Shown here piece after piece: positions 7,425 to 15,624 of a stretch of DNA of 20,000 bases; position 1 is the first letter of the stretch; every line of letters starts with the position of its first letter. The stretch lies in IMG/VR virus record IMGVR_UViG_3300021560_000001. One strand, written 5' to 3'. This DNA is from an uncultured virus (IMG/VR IMGVR_UViG_3300021560_000001) (taxonomy: Duplodnaviria > Heunggongvirae > Uroviricota > Caudoviricetes). A program made the position numbers and the translations under genes. The notes below the pieces were generated by a model. It saw only the letters and a list, made by a program, of their open reading frames with translations, searched no databases and was not told the origin of the DNA.

Positions 7425-7902
7425 TCTTTCACGCCCTAGCGATGGCGATTATAGCTCGCCACCACCTAAACGCAGGCGCCCAAGACGCAGCCTCGCTAAG
7501 CTCCGCGCCGAGGAGAAAAAGCTGCGCCATGAGGTGAATGCAATGCGGCACCGCGGGCAGATGCCGGCGATCGACCGTATGCGTGAATTCCGCGACTACT
7601 TGCGCCAATGCGTGGCGGCCGTGCAGCCGTTCTCTTCGGACGGCACCGTGCGGCCTGGCAGCAACATGGAGCTGTTTTTCAAATTCAGCGATCTGTTCAT
7701 CCGCATTTGTGCTGCCTCCGCGCCATATGAAACGCCGCGCCTCGCCGCGGTAATGTTCAGGGAACAGATGGATGAGCAGGAAGATGGAACTTATGCCACC
7801 GTCTGGGAGATGCATACGCGGCTGATCAAGCGCGGCATTCCCGTCCCGCAGATCGAGGGGCTTGTCATCGATGCAACTCCTGACGACGGCATCGCCGGCT
7901 GA
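7411..7902 (+). CDS. Probable terminase small subunit
   Basis: Directly upstream of and overlapping TerL. Basic N-terminus and CAASAPYETPRLAAV (APYxxPRL-type motif). Mainly a positional call. Confidence 0.55.
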   Translation: MNLRDLSRPSDGDYSSPPPKRRRPRRSLAKLRAEEKKLRHEVNAMRHRGQMPAIDRMREFRDYLRQCVAAVQPFSSDGTVRPGSNMELFFKFSDLFIRICAASAPYETPRLAAVMFREQMDEQEDGTYATVWEMHTRLIKRGIPVPQIEGLVIDATPDDGIAG

Positions 7903-9358
7903 GCCACAAAGGCAGCGTTCCTTCGATCAGGAAGACTGCTATTACCTGGGTGAATATTATTGCGCCAAGGCGCGGGAGAACTTCTGGACTTTCCGCTCGA
8001 TGGTGCGCCCCGGGCTTATTAAAGCGTGGTGGCAACGCGACCTAGCCGAGCGGCTAACGCTGTTCTGGCGCGACTTTCGTCTGGGCAAGCGGCCGAAGAT
8101 GGTGCTCGGTGCTCCGCCGCAGCACGGCAAGTCCGAGACCATGAAAGACTTCGCGTGTTGGGTAGCGGGCAAGGATCCGTCGCTTAAAATACTATTTGCC
8201 AGCTACGCCGATGAGCTCGGGATCTCCGCCAATCTGCATATGCAGCGCACCATGGCGACTGACACCTATCGCGCGATCTTCCCGCGCACGGTGCTCGCCG
8301 GCGAGGGTGCCGATGATGCTGATCGCTCGCGCCGTACTACGACGTTCCTTGAATTTGTCGGCAAGGGAGGCTCGTTCCGCAACACCACGGTGGATGGCAA
8401 GATCAACGGCTTCGGCCTTGACATCGGCATTATCGATGATCCGATCAAAGGTCGGGCCGAGGCGCAATCCAAGCCAATCAGGGACAAAACATGGAACTGG
8501 CTGGCGGATGATTTTTTCAACCGCTTTTCCGATAGCGCCGGCATGGTCATGATCCAAACGAGGTGGCATGTCGATGATCCGACCGGGCGTTGGATCGAGC
8601 GTTTCCCCGAGACGCAAGTGCTGAAATACATGGCGATCGCCGAGCGCGACACCCGCTACCGCAAGACCGGCATGCCGTTATTTCCGCAGCATAAATCTCT
8701 GGAATTCCTAATGGAGCGCCGCCGGGCGCTTTCGGAGGCGAGCTGGCAGAGCTTGTACCAGCAGCACCCGATCGTGGTCGGTGGCGGAATACTGCCAATT
8801 GAGAAGATCACCACGCTGGACTTACTCGACCGTGAGAAGATTGCGCGCACGGTGCGGTTCTGGGACAAGGCCGGGACCGAGGACGGTGGCGCCTATACGG
8901 CCGGCGTGTTGATGCATGCGATGCGCGACAAGACTTATGTGATCGAACATGTGGTGCGAGGCCAATGGTCGGCGCTCGAGCGCGAGGATCACATTCTAAG
9001 TTGGGCGCGCTTGGACAAGGCCAATTGCCGCGGGTATCGCTATGAGGTCGGTGTCGAGCAGGAGCCGGGCTCCGGCGGCAAAGAGAGCGCCGAGGCGACG
9101 ATCCGCAACCTCGCCGGCTTTAACGCCTTTGCCGACAAGGTGACGGGCAGCAAGGAGGCGCGCGCCGATCCTTTCGCGGCTCAGGTCCAAGGCGGCAACG
9201 TCAAGCTGGTTGCCGGCACCTGGCATTATTCGCTGCTTGATGAGATGGAGAGCTTTCCGCAGGGCAAGTATCGGGACCAGGTCGATGCTTGCTCCGGCGC
9301 ATTCAACCGCCTGATCCTTGGCTCTACGCATCAGACGGTAGGAGCCTGGTCGAGATGA
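7871..9358 (+). CDS. terL: Terminase large subunit (Terminase_6/6C type)
   Basis: Walker A PPQHGKS, Walker B IIDDPIK, IQTRWHVDD, SLYQQHP. Nuclease domain FWDKAGT...EQEPGSGGK...FPQGKYRDQVDA. Confidence 0.96.
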   Translation: MQLLTTASPAEPQRQRSFDQEDCYYLGEYYCAKARENFWTFRSMVRPGLIKAWWQRDLAERLTLFWRDFRLGKRPKMVLGAPPQHGKSETMKDFACWVAGKDPSLKILFASYADELGISANLHMQRTMATDTYRAIFPRTVLAGEGADDADRSRRTTTFLEFVGKGGSFRNTTVDGKINGFGLDIGIIDDPIKGRAEAQSKPIRDKTWNWLADDFFNRFSDSAGMVMIQTRWHVDDPTGRWIERFPETQVLKYMAIAERDTRYRKTGMPLFPQHKSLEFLMERRRALSEASWQSLYQQHPIVVGGGILPIEKITTLDLLDREKIARTVRFWDKAGTEDGGAYTAGVLMHAMRDKTYVIEHVVRGQWSALEREDHILSWARLDKANCRGYRYEVGVEQEPGSGGKESAEATIRNLAGFNAFADKVTGSKEARADPFAAQVQGGNVKLVAGTWHYSLLDEMESFPQGKYRDQVDACSGAFNRLILGSTHQTVGAWSR

Positions 9359-9711
9359 ATGACAAGCTGTCGGTGCCGTGGCTGAGCCAGAGCGAATGGA
9401 ATTGGCTCGTTGCCATGGTGCTGCGGATTGATCAGCGCACGAGTCGGATTTCAAACACGCTTGGCATCATGGAGAAAAATATGAGCGCTTTGGACGATGC
9501 GATCGCTTCGTTGACGACCCAGGTTTCCGCCAACACCGATGCGGAGCAAAGCGCGGTCCAGCTCATTCAGCAGTTGGCGCGCATGATCGGTGACAACGCC
9601 ACTGATCCGGCGGCGGTTTCTGCTTTGGCCGATAAGCTCAAGGCGAGCGCCGAGGCATTGGCTGCGGCGGTGACGGCGAACACGCCTACGGCGACCCCAG
9701 CCACGACGTAA
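9355..9711 (+). CDS. Ala-rich coiled-coil phage protein (118 aa; possible second start at 9481)
   Basis: ATGA overlap with TerL and GGAG SD. A second GGAGA SD precedes in-frame ATG9481. Confidence 0.8.
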   Translation: MNDKLSVPWLSQSEWNWLVAMVLRIDQRTSRISNTLGIMEKNMSALDDAIASLTTQVSANTDAEQSAVQLIQQLARMIGDNATDPAAVSALADKLKASAEALAAAVTANTPTATPATT

Positions 9712-9739
9712 CACGCTAAAGCATAAGGAGTTTGTGCCA

Positions 9740-9934
9740 ATGGCTAAGCCTGCGCCAATGTTTATGCTCGTGGTTGCCGTTTCCGATTGGGTGAACCGTG
9801 TCATCGGCCCTTTCGATGATGCCGAGGCCGCACGGCAGAAGGCCGATGCCACTCTGAACACTCGTTACGTCATCGTCGAGGTTGAGCCGCCGGAGGCACT
9901 TGATCCGCCGGAGCCTGTCCAGCCGGCGGTATAG
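9740..9934 (+). CDS. Small GPF-motif protein (64 aa)
   Basis: AAGGAG SD. Motif VIGPFDDAEAA. Confidence 0.75.
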   Translation: MAKPAPMFMLVVAVSDWVNRVIGPFDDAEAARQKADATLNTRYVIVEVEPPEALDPPEPVQPAV

Positions 9935-9938
9935 CCGC

Positions 9939-11429
9939 GTGGTCAATGTCGTCAAAAAGGTGCTGCAGTTCCCGGCCAGGATTGGCGATGATTTCACCAA
10001 TTTTCTGAAAGGCTTCGGGCAGCCCGGCCGCGACGTTACCCTGGCGCACCGTGCCTGGTTCGAGCATCCGCTTGATCCTGGCGAACTGCAGGCGTTCTAC
10101 CGCGACAATTGGCTAGCGCGGAAGATTTGCGATCTGCCGGCATTCGATACCACGCGCGCCTGGCGGCATTGGCACGCCGAAGACGATCAAATTCAGAAGA
10201 TCGAGAAGTGCGAGCGCGAGCTCAACCTGCAGAAGCGGCTGTTCGATGCTATGCGCAAGGCGCGGCTCTATGGCGGTGCTGCGCTAATCATGGGGATCGA
10301 GGGTCAGAAGTTTGAGAATGAGCTCGACGTCGAGGCGGTCAGTGAGGGCGATCTTAAATTCGTGCATGTGGTGTCGCGCTGGATGCTGGCTGCCGGGCCG
10401 CGTATTCGCGACGTGACATCGCCCTGGTTCCTCGAGCCGAACTATTACGTACGGAGCAACATGGCGGTGCCTCCGCCGATCGGGGGCGTCCAGCCGATCG
10501 AGCAAAGCTCGTTGGGGCACGAGGAGGGTGCGCCGCTTTACATCCATCCGAGCCGCGTGGTGCGGCTCATTGGCCTCGACTATCCGGACGAGGATTTGGC
10601 GCCTGATCCGTGGGGTGATAGTGCCCTGCAGCCTGTGCACCGCGCCATCCGCCGCGCTGATCTGGTCGATGCCTCGGTGGCGCAGATGATCTCCGAAGCC
10701 AAGGTCGATGTCATTAAGGTCAAGGATTTGAGCGAGCTGATGTCTACCGACAACGGCACGGAGCAATTGCAGACCCGGTTCCGCAATGCCAATGCAACGA
10801 AGTCAGTCGTCAATGCGCTCTTGCTCGGGCTCGAGGAAGAGTTCGAAACGCGGCAGTTGCAGCTCTCCGGGCTGCAAGATGTCATGAACATGTTCATGCT
10901 GCTGGTTGCCGGCGGCGCCGATATTCCAGCGACGCGGCTGTTCGGGCGCGAGCCTGCCGGCATGAATGCCACCGGAGCATCGGACATTAGAAACTATTAC
11001 GATCGCCTGGCCGCTGATCAGAAGGTTAGGCTGATGCCGCTGTTGTCGCGGCTCGATGAAGTGCTGATCCGCTCAGCGCTCGGCGACCGGCCAGAGGAAA
11101 TCTACTATTTGTGGGCGCCGCTCTGGCAATTGGACGATGTCGAGAAAGCCGATCTGCAGCTCAAGAAGGCGCAGGCGTTCAAGATCGACGTTGATGCCGG
11201 GCTCATCAATCCCGACGCGCTGCGTGATGGGCGGGTGAACCAGTTGGTGGAAGATGAGGTTTACCCGGGGCTCGAGGCGGCCATCGAAGAACATGGCACG
11301 GAGCCGGAGGAAGATCCGTTTGATCAGGAGCATGCCGAGCTTGATCTCAGCATGAAGCAGCAGCAGTTGGAGAACATGAAACAGGTTCCGCCGCCCAATA
11401 AGCGCCTGCCGCCAGGATTAAACGAGTAA
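9939..11429 (+). CDS. Portal protein (DUF1073/HI1409 family)
   Basis: YRDNWLARKICDLPA, ARLYGGA, IHPSRVV, GADIPATRLFGREPAGMNATGASDIRNYYD, PLWQLDD. Located after TerL. Confidence 0.92.
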   Translation: MVNVVKKVLQFPARIGDDFTNFLKGFGQPGRDVTLAHRAWFEHPLDPGELQAFYRDNWLARKICDLPAFDTTRAWRHWHAEDDQIQKIEKCERELNLQKRLFDAMRKARLYGGAALIMGIEGQKFENELDVEAVSEGDLKFVHVVSRWMLAAGPRIRDVTSPWFLEPNYYVRSNMAVPPPIGGVQPIEQSSLGHEEGAPLYIHPSRVVRLIGLDYPDEDLAPDPWGDSALQPVHRAIRRADLVDASVAQMISEAKVDVIKVKDLSELMSTDNGTEQLQTRFRNANATKSVVNALLLGLEEEFETRQLQLSGLQDVMNMFMLLVAGGADIPATRLFGREPAGMNATGASDIRNYYDRLAADQKVRLMPLLSRLDEVLIRSALGDRPEEIYYLWAPLWQLDDVEKADLQLKKAQAFKIDVDAGLINPDALRDGRVNQLVEDEVYPGLEAAIEEHGTEPEEDPFDQEHAELDLSMKQQQLENMKQVPPPNKRLPPGLNE

Positions 11430-11737
11430 TGGCACACGAGAATCCGGTACGCCGCCAATGGTGGCGCAAGTTCAAGCATGGTGCTGCGCCGGTGGTAACC
11501 TCGCCGGCAGCACGGACGGTAGTGACACCGGTGCCGCCGCAGGCGATGGTGCAGGTGGAGGCGCGCAGCGGCAAGATCAAGCTGTCGATGTACTCGAGTG
11601 TCCGCAAGCTACGCCGAGCGATGAACCGCGGGCATGTTCCCGATGATCGGCAGGTGATCATTGACACGGCGGTTGCCACAGCGGCACGGCGCGCGCATGT
11701 CTATCGCAACGCTCACGCTCGACGCGCTGCGCACTAA
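11429..11737 (+). CDS. Basic hypothetical protein (102 aa)
   Basis: TAATG coupling to the portal stop. Confidence 0.55.
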   Translation: MAHENPVRRQWWRKFKHGAAPVVTSPAARTVVTPVPPQAMVQVEARSGKIKLSMYSSVRKLRRAMNRGHVPDDRQVIIDTAVATAARRAHVYRNAHARRAAH

Positions 11738-13202
11738 GCGGGCGTTCGATCCGACCAATACGATCGGATTGCGGCGAGCCTTCCAGGCTGCTGCACAGCT
11801 GCGGCTGCGCCAATTGCGGGCCGCGATGCGCGTTGCGGTAGTCGATCATGACGTGCTGGCGCTCGGTGGTAGCGAGGCGGTTATGGCCTACCATCCCACC
11901 GACGTGCGGCTGCGCGCCTTCAATGCGTGGCTGGATTCAACGGCGCGCGCCATCTTTGCGGCGCACGATTGGTTGCGCTCATGGGTAGAGAAAGCCTGGG
12001 CAAGCGGCGTGCGGGCTGCGGCGGCGGAGGTGGGGCTTCCGGCGGCACCGCTGCGGCGCGATCACGAGCACCTGGTCCAGCTGGCGCGGATCGAGCTCGA
12101 CGGCATCATCGCCGCGCTCGTGCAGCGGGTTAGCCGTGAAGCGGAATTGATCGTCGCGCTTTCTAACATTCCGCGCTCGCGGGCATTTTGGCGCCTCGGC
12201 ATGGTCTTCGATGAGATCGGTAAAGCGCGCGTTTCCATGCTTGCCGAGACAATCACGGTCAAGGCGCACAACGCTGCCAAGCTGGAAATGTATGGCGCTA
12301 TCGGGGTCGAGCAGGTCGGGATCACGCCGGAACGTCTATTGGTGCCGTTGCACCGCGATACGATGGTGTTCGATGCACGCCGGCGCAAGCGCCATAGGCG
12401 CGGCTATGGCCTCGAAGAGCTCGTAGGTGTGCTAACGGCCGGCGATGACAAGGTCTGCCAGCGCTGCCAGGACATGGCCGAGGACGCGCCGTATACGCTC
12501 GACGAGGCGAGGGATTTGATCCCACGCCATCCGCGCTGCCGCTGCGCTGTGTTCCCCTGGCGTGATCCGCGCTTTAAGGGCGAGGACACGGCTGATGCGC
12601 GCGGTCGATATATCCGTGGTAGAGGCGGCCGCTTCGCGGGCAGCGAGCCAGGCTCGCATGAAGAAAAGCCTTCACGTTTAGTAAAGATTGCTAGGCCGCC
12701 GAGCGAGGATGTGAGTAGCGTCGCGGCTGCCAGTTTTGAATTTTCTAAGGTGCTCGGTAATCGAACGATGTCATTGAGCGAACTAAGGGCTGGTGTTTCA
12801 CAGGGAGACGATCCGCATCGGGTCATCGAATTAGTGAATGCCATCAAAGCTGAGGGCGGGTATTTCAGCCGGCCGATTGTCGATCAGCACGGCAATGTGC
12901 TGGAAGGTCAGCATCGGGTATTGGCAGCGCATCGGATGGGTGAGACGGCTGTTCCGGTGGTTGTAATTAAAGATTTAGCGCATGGGCAGCCGGTCGATGA
13001 GATGCGAGCGGCGATCAAGGGTGTGCATCCCGATCAAGCGCATCAACTGATGCAGTATGCGCTTGAAGCGATCGACGAAAGCGGTAGTGCCGTTAAAGCA
13101 CTTGAAGAGTTCGGGGCACCCCAAGGCTTTGAGTCGCAATGGAATGCGGCGCTAAAGGCGGCAATGCCTGCAATGGATGTCGGAGGTCGAAATGAATTAT
13201 GA
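11697..13202 (+). CDS. MuF/SPP1-gp7 family head morphogenesis protein with C-terminal ParB/Srx-like domain
   Basis: DPTNTIGLRRAF, TAGDDKVCQRC and IPRHPRCRC (MuF). Linker RGRGGRFAGS. PIVDQHGNVLEGQHRVLAAHRMGETAVPVVV (ParB/Srx GxHR motif). Confidence 0.88.
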   Translation: MSIATLTLDALRTKRAFDPTNTIGLRRAFQAAAQLRLRQLRAAMRVAVVDHDVLALGGSEAVMAYHPTDVRLRAFNAWLDSTARAIFAAHDWLRSWVEKAWASGVRAAAAEVGLPAAPLRRDHEHLVQLARIELDGIIAALVQRVSREAELIVALSNIPRSRAFWRLGMVFDEIGKARVSMLAETITVKAHNAAKLEMYGAIGVEQVGITPERLLVPLHRDTMVFDARRRKRHRRGYGLEELVGVLTAGDDKVCQRCQDMAEDAPYTLDEARDLIPRHPRCRCAVFPWRDPRFKGEDTADARGRYIRGRGGRFAGSEPGSHEEKPSRLVKIARPPSEDVSSVAAASFEFSKVLGNRTMSLSELRAGVSQGDDPHRVIELVNAIKAEGGYFSRPIVDQHGNVLEGQHRVLAAHRMGETAVPVVVIKDLAHGQPVDEMRAAIKGVHPDQAHQLMQYALEAIDESGSAVKALEEFGAPQGFESQWNAALKAAMPAMDVGGRNEL

Positions 13203-13374
13203 GTACAAAGTGATCGAGGAACGCCTCGGCTCGCCGCAGGAGTTCGAGGCTGAGCTGAACAAGCAGGCGGGTGATGGCTGGGAGTATGTGAACGTGAGCA
13301 CGATCGGGCCGATCCCTGGTCGCTGGATCGTGTTTCGCCGGCCGAAGACCGGCGTTGGCCACGGCGGATTGTAG
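13192..13374 (+). CDS. DUF4177-like protein (60 aa)
   Basis: GGAGG SD. YEYKVI...EAELNKQAGDGWEYV...IVFRRP. Confidence 0.8.
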   Translation: MNYEYKVIEERLGSPQEFEAELNKQAGDGWEYVNVSTIGPIPGRWIVFRRPKTGVGHGGL

Positions 13375-13383
13375 GAGGCACAT

Positions 13384-13539
13384 ATGCGCACGACATTGTT
13401 GTTGGCGTTGGCGGCGTTCTTGTTCTCTGCGGTCGCCGCTGAAGGGCGCGTTCGCTGCAAGTCGTCCGAGACTGGCAAATACGTGTCGCACGCCTATGCC
13501 AAGAAATATCCCGGCCTTACGCACTGCTCTTCGAAATAG
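13384..13539 (+). CDS. Small secreted peptide (51 aa)
   Basis: GGAGG SD. Signal MRTTLLLALAAFLFSAVAAEG, then RVRCKSSETGKYVSHAYAKKYPGLTHCSSK. Not in the ORF track. Confidence 0.7.
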   Translation: MRTTLLLALAAFLFSAVAAEGRVRCKSSETGKYVSHAYAKKYPGLTHCSSK

Positions 13540-13546
13540 TTAAAGC

Positions 13547-13705
13547 ATGGTTGTTCTGATCTTTTCCGTCTACACAGACGAGGGTGTGGTTTGCGTTGGC
13601 CCGTTCGAAACCGAGGAAGAGGCCGAGGCATATGCAGCGGAGATCGGACGGAAGCCGAAGAACATTGTTGAACTCTGGTCACCCGAGGATTTCCGGCGCC
13701 CATGA
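13547..13705 (+). CDS. Small GPF-motif protein (52 aa)
   Basis: Translation MVVLIFSVYTDEGVVCVGPFETEEEAEAYAAEIGRKPKNIVELWSPEDFRRP. Stop overlaps the next ATG. Not in the ORF track. Confidence 0.7.
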   Translation: MVVLIFSVYTDEGVVCVGPFETEEEAEAYAAEIGRKPKNIVELWSPEDFRRP

Positions 13706-13875
13706 TCACGATTTGGTTGTTGGTGTTGGTGTGCATAGCTCCGGATTGCGAGCAAAAGCGTCACGATATTATTGGTTTGTACACGACGCTGGATGAGTGT
13801 TGGGAGGCGGCGAAAAGGGAACAGCGTGCGGCGGTGTGCGTTCAGGGCATAATCCAGGACAGGAGAAAGATATGA
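13702..13875 (+). CDS. Small exported Cys-containing protein (57 aa)
   Basis: Translation MITIWLLVLVCIAPDCEQKRHDIIGLYTTLDECWEAAKREQRAAVCVQGIIQDRRKI. ATGA overlaps at both ends. Confidence 0.7.
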   Translation: MITIWLLVLVCIAPDCEQKRHDIIGLYTTLDECWEAAKREQRAAVCVQGIIQDRRKI

Positions 13876-14090
13876 TTTCGGCTCTGATCACCATCATCGT
13901 TGCGCTGATTATTATTGGCGTGATCTGGTGGGCCATTCAGCAGCTGTTGCCATTGATTCCGCTGCCAGAACCGTTTCGCCGCATCATCTACGTGCTCATG
14001 GTCGTAGTCTTGGTGCTCATCGTGGTTTACGTCATCGTCTACCTGCTCGGTTCGATTGGCGGAATAACTTTGCCGCACTGGCTAAGATGA
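13872..14090 (+). CDS. Two-TM membrane protein (72 aa), Thivi_2564-like
   Basis: AGGAG SD. Two long hydrophobic helices joined by LIPLPEPFRRII. Confidence 0.8.
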   Translation: MISALITIIVALIIIGVIWWAIQQLLPLIPLPEPFRRIIYVLMVVVLVLIVVYVIVYLLGSIGGITLPHWLR

Positions 14091-14094
14091 TTGA

Positions 14095-14181
14095 ATGTTC
14101 GATCCGCACGGTAACATCAGGATCATGGTGGGGATGGCGTTGCTGATCATCGCTCTGATGATGTGGTGGTTTTGGGGATGA
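14095..14181 (+). CDS. 28-aa single-TM peptide
   Basis: Translation MFDPHGNIRIMVGMALLIIALMMWWFWG. Fills the gap, and its stop overlaps the next ATG. Confidence 0.5.
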   Translation: MFDPHGNIRIMVGMALLIIALMMWWFWG

Positions 14182-14681
14182 CTTTAGCACCATGGTGCAG
14201 CAATGAGACTTGGACCTATTGGCGCGCTGATGGCACGCCGCAAACTGATCCCGAGGGCTGCACGTTTGCCAAGGTGACGGGGCGCAACCGCTGCCCCGCC
14301 GAGATCAGGCGCGGACTGTTCTGGTGGGCTAAGAATTCATACGAGCAAACCCCGGCTGACGCGCCATGGTGGATGACCGGTGCTCCAGAATGGTTGCGTC
14401 AGCTTGGTTGGGCGGCAAGGAATCCGGCGCAGAATTTGCGCATGTTCATCTGGGGCTGTGCCGATCGCAACTATACTGTGCAGGTCATTGAAGGGCATTT
14501 GAATCCGCTGGTGATCCAGCGCGACGATGTCGGCGAGATCGGCTACCAGCGTTGCCGATTGATCTACTTCGAGGATAGTTCGGCACACCGCGATTTTGCC
14601 AGTTATTCCGGGCCGCACCTGGTGTGGCAACGCGGGTGTCAACCCAATGGCTTCTATGGAATCAAGCTCTACCCACGATGA
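14178..14681 (+). CDS. Trp-rich hypothetical phage protein with WxxRNP motif (167 aa)
   Basis: ATGA overlaps. GWAARNPAQNL. Confidence 0.75.
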   Translation: MTLAPWCSNETWTYWRADGTPQTDPEGCTFAKVTGRNRCPAEIRRGLFWWAKNSYEQTPADAPWWMTGAPEWLRQLGWAARNPAQNLRMFIWGCADRNYTVQVIEGHLNPLVIQRDDVGEIGYQRCRLIYFEDSSAHRDFASYSGPHLVWQRGCQPNGFYGIKLYPR

Positions 14682-15130
14682 TACTAGCCGATGGCAGTGA
14701 AGTGCTTCCTGGCTTGTGGATCGGCACCACGACGACCTGCGATGTCGCTCGGGCCGAGGGGCTATTCTGCTTGTGCGTGCTCGAGCAGAAGCATGACGCG
14801 GAAGGTTGTCACCACTTTCGCATCTTGGATGACAACGGTCGCGCTGTGATTGATCGTGTTATGGGTGCCGGTCGCTTCATCGATTGGAACTGGAGCAATA
14901 CGAAAGGAATCTTGGTGCATTGCGGTGCCGGGGCCGAGCGCTCGCCGTTGGTGGTAGCGATGTGGATGTGTAAGCGGTTCACGATGGACCTTGATGAGGA
15001 TATAGCGACGATTGACGACAATGTGTTCAAGGAGATGACCGAGTTATACGAACCGAACAAGTGGCCGGAAGTACTCGAGACTGATTGGTGCGGCGAATTC
15101 GAAAGGGCGCCACCAGAAAAACGCGAATGA
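14678..15130 (+). CDS. Dual-specificity (CX5R) phosphatase-like protein with an atypical, possibly chimeric C-terminus
   Basis: EVLPGLWIG and ILVHCGAGAERSPLVVAMWM. Tail WPEVLETDWCGEF is not DSP-like. Confidence 0.82.
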   Translation: MILADGSEVLPGLWIGTTTTCDVARAEGLFCLCVLEQKHDAEGCHHFRILDDNGRAVIDRVMGAGRFIDWNWSNTKGILVHCGAGAERSPLVVAMWMCKRFTMDLDEDIATIDDNVFKEMTELYEPNKWPEVLETDWCGEFERAPPEKRE

Positions 15131-15138
15131 TGTGAGAT

Positions 15139-15222
15139 CCCTGCTCGTCCCAACCCTCCCCACATCCGGCCCGAGCGGGGTATAGGCGATGAGGGATTGC
15201 TGGTAGCTCGGCATCCCTCATC
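15139..15222. ncRNA. Candidate two-hairpin structured RNA
   Basis: 9-bp stem 15139-15147/15172-15180 with a C-rich loop. Perfect 10-bp stem GATGAGGGAT/ATCCCTCATC at 15188-15197/15213-15222. Confidence 0.3.
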
Positions 15223-15245
15223 TGCATCGCAAACAAGGCAGGCGC

Positions 15246-15473
15246 ATGGCCGAAGATCACGTCCGCGAGCTAGCACGGCATTTGTTGAACCTCGGTGCTG
15301 GGTATAAAGCTCCCGACTTGTTGTTGGCGCTGGCGATAGCCGCGAGCTACTGCATCAGCCGCGCGCCACAGGAAAGGAGGCAAGCGATCTTCGACGTCTT
15401 TTGCGGAAACGTGGCGGAAATCGTGTGGCCGGAGGATAGTGAAGATGGCGAAGAGGTATGTCCTGGTCTATGA
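15246..15473 (+). CDS. Hypothetical helical protein (75 aa)
   Basis: ORF with a purine-rich upstream sequence, fits the operon. Confidence 0.65.
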   Translation: MAEDHVRELARHLLNLGAGYKAPDLLLALAIAASYCISRAPQERRQAIFDVFCGNVAEIVWPEDSEDGEEVCPGL

Positions 15474-15624
15474 ACGGGCGCTCGAGAGCGTATTTTGCAT
15501 CGGCCCGTTCGATAGCATTGAGGACGCCGAGGATTACGCGCATGGGCACCACGACTTCCCGCAGGTGTGGCGGCACGCCGAGCTGCACGAGCCGGAAGAA
15601 GAGCTTGGGCCGGAGACGGCATGA
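15445..15624 (+). CDS. Small GPF-motif protein (59 aa)
   Basis: GGAGG SD. Motif FCIGPFDSIEDAEDYA. Confidence 0.75.
   Translation: MAKRYVLVYERALESVFCIGPFDSIEDAEDYAHGHHDFPQVWRHAELHEPEEELGPETA

Noticed and set aside
9939..11429. Anti-CBASS Acb1 label sometimes attached to DUF1073 proteins
   Set aside because: No 2H-phosphoesterase HxT/S extension is evident. Size and position indicate a plain portal.
15128..15222. TGA followed by hairpins as a possible selenocysteine or readthrough signal
   Set aside because: The downstream in-frame sequence is not protein-like, the TGA is not at a catalytic position, and there is no SECIS resemblance.
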